The translations under genes were made by a program, and so were the position numbers. Shown one piece after another: positions 50,388 through 62,400 of a stretch of DNA of 64,000 nt; the first letter of the stretch is position 1, and every line of letters begins with the position of its first letter. Location of the stretch: NCBI RefSeq assembly GCF_001194135.2, contig NC_068987.1, forward strand, positions 96,251,235 to 96,315,234. The letters are read 5' to 3'. This DNA is from Octopus bimaculoides (lineage: Eukaryota). The notes under the pieces were generated by a model that did no database searches, was not told the origin of the DNA, and was given only the letters and a program-made list of their open reading frames with translations.

Positions 50388-50421
<34 letters not shown>

Positions 50422-53400
50422 GAACACACACACAAACACAGGGTTTAATCAAACAAATCAATCCCAATACTTTTTTTTAAAAATATGATACTAATTTTAT
50501 TCATCATTTTTGCTGAGCTACCAAGTTACATACAGCAATGTAAACAAACCAACACCAATTGTCAATTGGTGATAGGGATAAACAAAACTCAACAACAGGT
50601 ACATGTTTATACACACACACACACACACACATACAATGAATTTCTTTCAGTTTCTATCTACCCAATCCACTCACAAGGCTTTTGTTAGCCTGGGGCTACA
50701 GTAGAAGACATTTGTCCAAGGTGTCACACAATGGGACTGAACCCAGAACCATGTGGTTGGGAAGTAAACTTCTTACCATACAGCCACTCCTGCACATATA
50801 GACATCTTAAAAAAAAACAATCTAGTCCAGCAGAATTTTTATAATTTCTTTCTAAGTTCCTTGTTTTCTTTCTCAGCTTTCTGTTTGGTCAGTATTTGTT
50901 TAGTGACCAGTCAGATTGGTTCTGCAGTTTTAATAAAATATATTCAAATGTAGAAAAAAATAAAAAACATTAAGACGATTTGTATTTTTTTCTCAAAGTA
51001 TTTTAGTCCAATTGGCTTTCTTGTATATATTTCAAAGTAGTTTATTGTTCTCTCAGGTGTTGTCAACATTCGTGGAACTAAGAGGAGTGTTATAAAGTAT
51101 TTAAAGAGCAAAGGTGATGGCTGAGGTATTGGTGAATTAAAGAAACATCATATATGTTAACTAATTATATGAATAAAATATGAGATAATTCCTTATTGCT
51201 ACCATAATTATCATCATCATCGTCATCAGTAACACCACCACCAACACTACCATCCCTGCCACCACCTCTACCATTACCACCACTGCCACCATCACTACCT
51301 CCACCACCGCCACCACCACCTTTGCCACCACTATCACCATTATCATCGTCATCATCACCATCGTCGTTATCATCATTATCATCAGCATATTTATCAAATT
51401 CGTTAACATTAGTTGTTTTTTACTTACTGTCTTTCTTTTTTTATTTTGTTTTATTGGTCAGTTTTCATAAGTTTTGCTTCCAATCTGAAGACATTAAGTG
51501 ATTGAAGAACCAGTTGTTGTAGTATGTTGGCGAACAAGTGTTTGTAGTGTGTTGATGAGCCAGAGTGTAATGAGTTGGGGAGCCAGTAGTTGTGCCTGGC
51601 ACTCTGTCAGTTATGATGACGAGAGTTCCAGTTGATCTGATCAACAAGACAGCCTGCTCGTGACATTAACGTGCAAGTGGCTGAATACTCCACAGACATC
51701 AATACCCTTAATGTAGTTCACAGGGAGATTCAGCGTGACACAGAATGTGACAAAGCTGGCAGTTACAGGTGCAACTCATTTTAGGCAGCTAAGTGGATGG
51801 AGTAACGTGAAATAAAGCATCCTGTTTGAGGATACAACGCACCACTGAGTATTGAACTCACAACCTTACGCTCATGAGTCAAATACTCTAACCAGTAAGC
51901 CACATGTCTTCACATGGCCAGTGGCTGTAGTGTGTTGGTGAACCAGTGGTTGTTGTAAGTGAGCCAGTGGTCATATTATGTTGGCATTACAATGGTTATA
52001 GTGTGTTGGTATAATAGTGACCATTGTGTATTGGTAAGCCAGTGGTTGCAGTGTATTGGTGAATAAACATTTGCTAACCAGTTTGGGGGCCTGTTTCTTA
52101 TGTGTTGTAGAGTGATCATAAGTAACAATCATCCCATATTTGTAACAACTATCCCCTATTTGTATGCAATCCTGTAATCTGGGTGTTATGCGATATTTCT
52201 AAAGGTTAGCAGTTGATGAGGGCTGAAGTATCTTTGGCTGCTGAAGTGTATGTCTAACCTTACACTATTGTTTACGGCAATGGTTCCTAAACTTTTTCAG
52301 GCTGTAGCCCCCCTTGACACCTAGGCCACATTCTTAGCACTCTCTCCCACCACCATCACCACCACCACTCATCACCAAAAACATAGACCATTTTCTGCAG
52401 CAAATTCAGAACAACAATATTTCACAAATAAAACTTAACCTAATTAACCCATTATTTTGGGATTTTTACATCACCCCATTATCACCCCACTTTTCTTCAA
52501 CACCCTACTGAATCTTTCCACTGCTGTCAAGAGGGGCAGTACCACCCACTTTGGGAACCACTGGTTGAAGGAATGAGTGGTTACTCTGAGAGATCATCAA
52601 TCATTGAGAGGCTTAGAATCATTATGATCTTCAGTGCTTTATTTGCAAGAAGAATATAGAGAACCATTGTTAGCCCTAAATGCACAGACCAATAATCAAA
52701 AATATTCCAACCATGACAACTCTGTCCTTCTTTTGAGCATTTTATATCTACAGCTACATTTTTGATTGCCTAGATCCCTTTTGAAGGTGGTTAAGATGTC
52801 ATTTGAGGGAAAATTGGCAGTTATTTCTGGTTGCTATTTCCTCAGCAGCTAAGCTGTTATCTAAATATGTGTGATGATTGTGTTTATTTGCTATTGAAGA
52901 AGACTAGGTTATGTGAATGAGGTACATATTAGACTAGATTATCATTGGTGAATGAGGTATATGTTAGTACAATTAGTGTGTATCCATTATGGGGTATCTA
53001 GATTACACAAGGATGACATCAATGTGAAAAGGGTAAAGGACAAATTAAGCATGATATCATCACCGTAGGAATGTGTTATGTTAGAATTGACAGTGTGAAC
53101 TAACTGTTAAGATTTTAATGTAAATGATAATTTAATGGACAAAAGCCTATCCTAGGCATTAAGTAGCTGATAAATTATATTGTGAAGATAAATAAATACA
53201 GTGAAATAGGTGACAACAATTCATATGGAATTTTCAATGATAAGATTACAGGCACTCTATTATATCATTAGTAACATGGTCACCAGGCAACAGATACTGG
53301 CACAGGTAGCAAAGTTGAACCCCAAAATAATACACATAAGGCAGTGTAGCTAGATGCAGACATGGCTGTGTGGATAAGAAGTTTGCTTCCTAACCACATG

Positions 53401-56400
53401 GTTTTTGGGTTCAGACATAATGAGTGGTACTTTGGGCAACTGTCTTTTACTATAACCCTGAGCTGACCAAAGCTTTGTGTGTAGATTTGGTAGATGGAAA
53501 CTGAAAAAATCCATCGCATATGTATACATATATATATATATATATATATATNNNNNNNNNNNNNNNNNNNNNNNNNNNNNNNNNNNNNNNNNNNNNNNNN
53601 NNNNNNNNNNNNNNNNNNNNNNNNNNNNNNNNNNNNNNNNNNNNNNNNNNNNNNNNNNNNNNNNNNNNNNNNNNNNNNNNNNNNNNAATATACTATAAAA
53701 ATATAACATAATATAATATAGCAAATTTTTAAAAAGCACATATAAAGCCAACAATTTGCTTCGACTTACATACAGTAATGAATTTATGAAATATTCCTGT
53801 CTATGTATACAAGCCTCTTCAGGCCTTGATTAAAAAAAAACATACGAAATTTCATGAAGGACTGCCAAATTGCAAAAGTTGCAAACGTGCTGATTCAAAA
53901 TTACCTATGTTTAGAAGCATGAGTGTTAATAATTTAAATACATAATCTTAATCTATAAATCCCATTCTGTCTGTCTGTCTGTGCGCTTATAACTCGAGTA
54001 TTGTTCATCCGATCGCGCTGAAATTTTAAACATGGATATATGAGAGAGCAGGGCATTCCATAATCTAAAGAGATTTTCAAAATTGTTAGTTTCAAAGTGA
54101 GAATTGCTATTTTGGTAATCTTTTTGTCGTGTTTGTTCTGCCATTAAAAGCAACCAGTTGCTCAGACAGCTGGGACATACCATTTCGCTAGCAACAAGGG
54201 GAGTACAGGATAACAGTCAGCCAAAACTGTTGCTATGCTGTCTCTCTTCTTTCCTCCCTCTGAAGTTGTATATACATTGGGCTAAGATTCATTATCAATC
54301 AATTATCCTTATTGAGAAGAAACAGTCAAAAGTAACCACTACATACAATCACCAAACATCTCCACTACTTAACACCGACCAAGTTAACCCTCTTCACCTT
54401 TACAGCTGACATAAAATTTTGAGGTTAATAATCTTAATTTTTAATTACAGTTTCTCATTCAAACTACATAATAGGCAGAATTGTTGGATTAAGACAGTAG
54501 GGTGTTTTGGGGGAGATTTGGCTGCTATTTCTACCAAGTCTAGCTACCATATAGAGGTCTCCCTCATTAGCTCATACATACATATATACATAAAATCGAA
54601 ATAAAATACTTAAAGAGCCAGGCATCAAATACAAAAGCCAAGGTCCATGCAGTGTCATGGACCAAAAAGATTTCCAGCTTCTTGCCTAATGCGAGCCAAG
54701 AGCAATCTTTTATCTCTTACTCTATTCCAGTATTCCGTCTATATAGTAATGAGATAATACTTTCAGTTTGAAAGAAATCTGTTCTATGCATATATATATT
54801 CCTTATGCATTCCAAAATTGAGTTACAGATTTTGGCGTATGGGGTATCAAAAGATACAGTACTATTTCGGCTACAAATTAAACTTAATTTCCATTCACAT
54901 ATTTGCATTTCAAAAATTTAACCTTATAATCTTTTCCATAAATCAACTATCGTAAACATTTTATACGATGATGTCACATTTTTTATGTGTGTGTACCTTA
55001 AAAGACATCAATCATCACAACACACACCTTCACTCACTCACTCACTCTATCTTTCTTCCTCACCCTCTTTCTCTCTCTCTCACACACGCACACACATGCA
55101 TGCATGCACGCACACACACACGTCTATTTCATATAGATGTACATACATCTTTCACTTTCTTTCTCTGTTCTTTTCGCTTTCTCTTCTTTTAATTTCTACT
55201 CTCTTCAAATAAATTTTTACGGATACAACTGCTTACAAGAATAGGGATTAATGTATAATTTCTTTCTATGTTCATAATTTTTTGTTTACAATATTGAAAA
55301 AATATGCCACCAAAGAAAAGACGCAATCTCTTCAGAAACAAGCGCAAGGCAAGGAGGATTGTAGAAAACCGAAGAGAGAAGAAAACTGAAGAGAGAAGCT
55401 ACATGAGATTTTCTCAAGATCAGCAAATGCATGTTGCAGCACTTAATGCTGGATCATTAAATCAATGTTTTAATGATTAGACAGAGGTCCAATAGATTAG
55501 CTCTCAGAAACAGACCATGTACAAATTCGTTCTTCACAACTCTTGAAGCTGTTTTCAGATATGATCCATCCCATTCTTATAAAAATAATAACTGTCCAAA
55601 CTGGTGTGCTAAACACAAATTGTCTTTTCTGTAGAGCTTTAAAATTTTCAAATGAAACAAATGGCATGTGCTGCTCAGACAGTCAGGTAACATTGCCAGC
55701 ACTACCAGCTCCTTCTCAGCCTCTTATGGATCTTCTAGAAGGCACTTCCATCCAGTCAGAGGATTTTCTGAACAATATCAGACAATAAAACTCTGCAAAT
55801 GACATCATTTGGTGCATCTTAGACGATAGATAAACATGAATTTATGTCGACGTCAAAGTTCAAAGGCAAGTCTATCACCTCATTGGTTTCCTGTTACCCG
55901 CAAATGAACAACCACAGTTCCTACAAATTTATTTTATGAGTGATGTAGTACAACAAATCCAAAGTAGGTGTCAACATTTCAGATGATGGGTCATGTTAGA
56001 CACAGCGGTAACTGCCGCAGAGGAAAGTATATCCACTGACAGCTTTTCGGTGCATTCAAAAATGACATAACCCCCACAGGTTAGGGCCTGAAATACTCCA
56101 AACAGATGCATAACATGTTGCTTAGTTGAATTAGCCCATCATTTACTCCACAAATGTTTTGTTGTCAATGCTGCACTTTCCCATATCACCTGTTTCAACA
56201 TGACTGTATTATATACAAACTATGCCATTTTAACCCTGAGCAACACCGGGTATCTCTGCTAGTAATTACAACAAAAAGAAAAACAAAATTCAAGTGCCCC
56301 AGCATGGCCACAGCTCATGAGCTGAAACTAGATAAAATGAAAATGAAAATGAAAAGTTATAAAATGTTCTTATGGATCTCCAATAATATCAATCTAAACG

Positions 56401-59400
56401 TATTTTAATTGAAAACAATCACTGGTCATTTTATAATATAATATCAATACCTATATAATATGTAATATATTAAAAAATTTATAGTGGAATAGGAAAGATA
56501 TTTTATTTAAAATTACTATATATTATATTGAAAAAAGATAAATAAATAAGGATATCTTTAATTCTGACACTAAATTCAATAAAATAATAATAATAATAAT
56601 AATAAGGGAGGGTATCAAGGTAGAGGATGTAAGATCTGCTCTCAGGAAGTCAAGCAAATGGTAGTCTCCAGGAAAGGATAAAATTCCTAACTTCTGGTTG
56701 AATGGCTTCCCAGAGAGACATGAACTGCTAACAAAACTTTACAACAATGTTTTGCAACAACCTAGTATGATACCCTCTTGGCTAGTTAAACAAAAAAGGA
56801 AAAATCCTTCTCTAAAAATAAGGAAACAATAAAGTACAAACTAGAAATTAATTCTACTGAAGAAAATGGTCAAGATGGTGAGAAAACAAAGAGATAAAGC
56901 TGGAAAACTCATCAAATGATAAAATTAAAATGTAACTCCAAAATAAACTAAAAATCAACAACAAAGAGAAGACTCACTCCATAGCTTATATTGAGTAAAA
57001 CTCAATAGAGAGATAGTAAAGCAGCATAGAAGGTCCCATTTGAGTTGTACAGGATCAAATCATAGCTATAAGTAAACTACTTAAAAAATTATAGAACAAC
57101 ATATTAATATCAGATGCAGACTGTGCATACACTACAGTAAGACCATTTACCACATCATTTCTGAGTGTCCAGTCTTTGTAAAGGTAAAAATATATACATA
57201 GATGCTACGAAGTTGGCAGTTCTGTTCAGCTGTCAATATGCTGAAACTGGCATAACTACAGATTTCTGCCCCCACGATTTTGGATGATCATAACTTTCAG
57301 AAAAATGGATATTTTTTAATGAATTTTTCTAGGAATATGTGTTATATGATGTAGATTCCGAATATGCAAATTTCTTTTTGGGGGGAAGTGTTTTAGGAGG
57401 GAGTGGGGTGGGGAATTTCGGAAAATTCACCAGAGTCCACTTCAATTCGTCATAACTTTCAAGAAAAAGGATATTTTTTAATGAAATTCTCTACAAATAT
57501 ACCTTGGACTATGTAGATTCCAAGGACATATGAATTTTGGGGGGAAACAATTGGGGGTTATTTTTGAGAATTGTTCCCCATTCGGGGATGTTTCAGAACA
57601 AGTCGTCCATATTTGTTTAATTTTCTTCGTTTTGTGCATTTATGTATCCATAGATTTCTAACACACACACACACACACACACACACAAGTAATTAAAAAA
57701 AAATTAAATGGGGGAATTATTCCATTCAGTATCATGTTTATTATACAGTGTGACTGGTGTGGTCGATGCCAGTGCCGACGGCATGTAAAAGTAACATTTG
57801 CACGGGATTGATGTCAGTACCATCTGACTGGCCCCCGTGCCAGTCACACTTGAAAAGCAACCACTATACTCTTGGAATGGTTGGCAATAGGAAGGGCATC
57901 CAGCTATAGAAACCTTGCCAGAACAGACTGCAATCTCATTGCAGCCTCCTGGCTTGCCAGTCCTCAGTCAAACTGTCCAACCCCTGCCAGCATGGAAAGC
58001 AAACATTAAACAATAATGATGATGATGATGATGTATAATGATATATATAATTATGATAGATTGTTACCCATTTGATGTTTAGGTAAACTTTGTCACCCTC
58101 TTACTCTCTCTTTCTCTGACTCACTCATTCTCTCTCTCTCACTCTCTCTCCTCACACAAAAATGAAACACATTTTAGTGCCAAAAACAGCAAAGAGAAAA
58201 ATCTGTATTTGGGATTATTATATATAGCGATTATTATATATAGCGATTTTGAAAGGTATAAAAAAGATATTTTTGTTTTAATATACTTTTACTTGTTTCA
58301 TACACATACACAAACTAACGTGCTTGTTTCTTTTAGATTAATTATTTACCATTCTTTATCTCTCCACTGACTTCGGTACCACTCTAACTTCTATAACTTC
58401 TACACTTTCACTTATTCATTTCAAACTTCTTTAAATTTTTAATTTAATGTAACGCACACTTTCTTGAAAACGTATTTCTGCAAAATGTTATCTAAAGTTA
58501 TGGGTAAAGAAAGAAATAGCAAAAAAAATATTTGAAAATGGGAATGGGGTAAAATTCCTGAGGGATCCATCCACTCCACCTCGTTTTCCGGACAAAATGT
58601 AGGGTTTTGTAGCATATTAGGAGGTCACTGGAATTCAGTCAAAAAAAAAAAAAATTTCCAATGATTCCGGGATATGGGGTGCGGTCCGATCTCCCCCTTC
58701 CCTTTTTTCCGAACAAAAATAAGGAGTTTGCAGCATATTAGGAGGGCAGGGTACTTGATTCCATGCAAAAAATCTGAGTTTTTTTTTTTTTTTTAGTGAA
58801 AATTGCGTGGGTGAAAGGATCAAAATTTGATGTGAAAACTGAGAACTAGCATGAGTAAGTATGTACTGAATATGGCATTTGACAATGATCTGATTATAAT
58901 GATCTGGGTTGTACCTGTCCTGATTATCAAGAAGATCAGTTATATTCTCACCATATATAGGAATGAAAATCTTTGATGATTTTTATTACATCTTTGCAGG
59001 TAATGTTTTAATGACTTCCGATCAAAACATTGGATGCAAAGATATAAGACAAAAAGAAAAAAATAACCATCCATTTACAATGATTTTGATAAGGAACATA
59101 AAAAGTACCCATGCTGGTGTCACATTAATAAACACTTGTGTCCGTACCACGTAAAATGCACCTGTACCAGCACGACATAAAACGCACCTATGCTGTACCA
59201 TGTAAAAAGCATATGTGCTACACCAAATTTTTGATGCTGGCACCACATAAAAAGTACTCATGCTGGGCCACATAAAAATCACCCATGCTGGTTTTGCATA
59301 AAAAGCATCTGTGCTAATGCCACATAAAAAGTACTCAGCACACTCTGTAAACTGGTTGGTATTAAGAAGGGCACCCAGCCATAGAAACCAAGCCACATCA

Positions 59401-62400
59401 GACTGGAACCTGGTGCAGCTCTCTAGCTTGCCAGCTCTGGTCAAACCGTTCAACCCACATCTCAGTATGTTAAATGATGATGATGAAGGCTATGAGAATA
59501 AAAATGGCACCAATAATAATCAGGGCACTGAGTATAATAAAGGAGAATGTGAAGAAAGGTATAAAAACTTAATCCTACAAGACACAGTCTAAATTCTATA
59601 GAAGACATTTCAGTACACAATTCAAATAATACATATGAAACAAAATCTTTGTCTTTTTAAGATATTGCTTCATTCATAGGAAGTGACAGTATTTTTGGAC
59701 TTTCTTTTGCTAATTCAAAATACAACAGAAAGGTGAGTCTGTGTAGTGAAAAATGATCAAATGTTCATCCTTAAAACCTCACAAAAACGTAAGTTATATG
59801 TAATATGCAAAACACCAGCCCATGTTCACAAAGGGCAATACTGCTGTACATACCTCAGGAACATGGAAGTACATTTGGTGGTGCAGTAGCAGATGGCAAG
59901 AAATTGTTGAAATTATAATGATGATAATAAAATGTCTTTGTTTTAATGACTATACAAACCAGTTGAAAAATCTCTGTACCATCTTTGGTCCAAGGGAATC
60001 AATTTGTTGTGCTCCAAATGGTGCTACATTAGCTTTAATACCCCCTGTACCAATCGCAATAAGTGTCAAAGCAAGTATGAAGTAAACTCTTCGAGATGTC
60101 TGGAATGGAAAAGCAATCATCATATGGTATCAATAATTAGAAGTACACTGTTATATTATATTCATATAAATAAGGTACATGGCTGCACCACCAGTTTGAT
60201 ATGTGGGCTATGTAATTAGCTATACTCTACTAACCCTAATAATGTTCCTAGGTGTACTATTAGGCGTAGTGAAAAATATAAGCATTCAAGCAATGCTAAA
60301 GTGTTTGAATGAGATGGAGTGGGATGAGAGAAAGAGAGATTGGGATGAGAGAAAGAGAGACCGGGATGAGAGAAAGAGAGACTGAGATGAGAGAAAGAGA
60401 GACTGGAATGAGAGAGTTTAAATTTTTATTTGGTTGAGTTTGTTTCTCATGTTTCTGGTAACAGTAAAATAAGTCCTGGATTTAGATTTGGGAAGGCCCT
60501 AGACTATATACACTTAGAGGTCCCTTGTTAAAAAAAAATTACACTGGGTCTTCCAAAAATTTAATTTAATTATTTTAAAGCCAGTATGGGTTGTCAGGCC
60601 CAAAGTTGTAGCTTGTTTAGTTTATGTATAAATTCAAGACTGGTATAGGTTATATGCTACAGTTAATTTACCTGTGGTATTTCTTCCCTACATTTGTTGT
60701 TTTGTGTTACACAATGGCTGTGAAGTTTAAATGCTAGACTTCTTTTTTATTACAAGCTGCATCAGGAGGAAAGATGTGCAGCCATAGCCTTTGCACATTG
60801 ACTGAGACTAGTGAAATTGATGTCATTAATGCCCTGTTTAAACTGTTGCATCAGCAGGAAACATATGAGAAGCAAGAACATTCCAAAGAGCTGATGTTGT
60901 TGGGAGGAAGAACTGAGTATAATATTAGTAAAGAGCTTATGGCAGTAAAAGCTACAGAATCATTGGCACACTGGGCAAAATTTTTAGCAGCGTTTCATCT
61001 GTATTTATATTTTGAGTTCAAATTCCACCAAGGTTCACTTTACTTTTCATTCTTTTGGGGTGGATAAAATAAGTACCAGTAGGACACTGGAGTCAATGTA
61101 ATCAACTTACACCCTCCCAAAAATTGCTGGCCTTGTGCGAAAATTTGAAACCGGTTTTAGTTCAGAGCTTGGTGGGGAGAGTTGTATATATAAGATGGGA
61201 GCCTGGTGGGGTAGAAGGGGCTAAGTTTGGAAGAGGTTGGTCTAGAGTGTGTAGTGGGAAGTTGGATGCAAAGTGGGGAGCAAAGGTGCAGCCTTTCTTC
61301 ATGGGGAAACTGCTCACAAAGCCATTGTTGCTGAGAAGTGGAAAAAAAGATGATTCCACAAAGTCAGTTACAATTATTTTGGCAAGTGACTAAAAGGATC
61401 AGCTGCACTTTGGGAGGCAGGACAGCTTCAGAACTGTATGATGCACAAAGGCATCTTTTGCAGTCTTGATATTTGTCTGGTGAGACTTCCACTGCTAGCT
61501 AAACGCCATTAAACTTTGGGTGTTGGTTAGATTTTCAAAGCATTATAGGCCGTTTTTTATGCCTGAACTGGTTAAATAATTCTAAATTTGAATCTTATAA
61601 CTACCATTGTGTTAAACCTAAGCTAAGTTTCAGCTCTGCTTGCTCCAGATTGGAACTGGAATCTGCAGAGAGTCAGTAAAATGGTATTAATATGTCCTTT
61701 ATTACAACATCATTTTACTACCTCTACAGAACTTGCTTTTTTTATCCTCTGATTTTTGTTGGTGAAGAATAAAAGTTCATAATGATGTACTATCTTCTGT
61801 TTCTTCCTTACAGTGTAAAATTAATTACCTTGAACTCCTGTTAGTCTTATTGGTTTTCTTTTTTTTTTTTCTATTTTGTTGTTAAAAATCTTCTGGTTCC
61901 AATTTGACTGAATGATAAAAACAGGCTTCACTTCCTATTTCACAGTCGAGTGATTAGAATGAGTAAGGCCATCTGGTTATAAAAAAACAATTGCTTCAAG
62001 AAAAACAATAATATCTCACCCATGCCAGCAGGAAAAAATGGATGTAGAATAGTGAAATATAAGTTAATGATACATGGTGTTCCTGAGCAGACAGTTACCA
62101 CAAGGGAGATAATCATTTCTTCATAATATTTGGTGGGATAGAAATTTGAATTTGAAATAAAGGAATTTTAAAAAAGATGCATAAAAAACAAATATTTCAT
62201 TTCTTTTGTTCTTGTTATTGCATACTTAAAGTTTTTAAAATTTCATGTCAGTGGAAATTCTTGTACAACACTGTTTCATTCTTTTTAGAAGTCACCAGAA
62301 TGACATAACCTGAGGTGTACTAGTTTAACATTTTATAAAGCAAGTCATTTCTTGTAGATGAAAAATAAGAAAGTCATGAATGTGTGTTTTGTTTCTTTTC

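Noticed and set aside
50070-50467. Long ORFs containing X runs (also 1958-2300, 53280-53754)
   Set aside because: Artefacts of N gaps flanked by (TA)n
59095-59345. CRISPR-like array
   Set aside because: Eukaryotic context, degenerate units with no unique spacers and no cas genes; it is a SINE-derived tandem repeat
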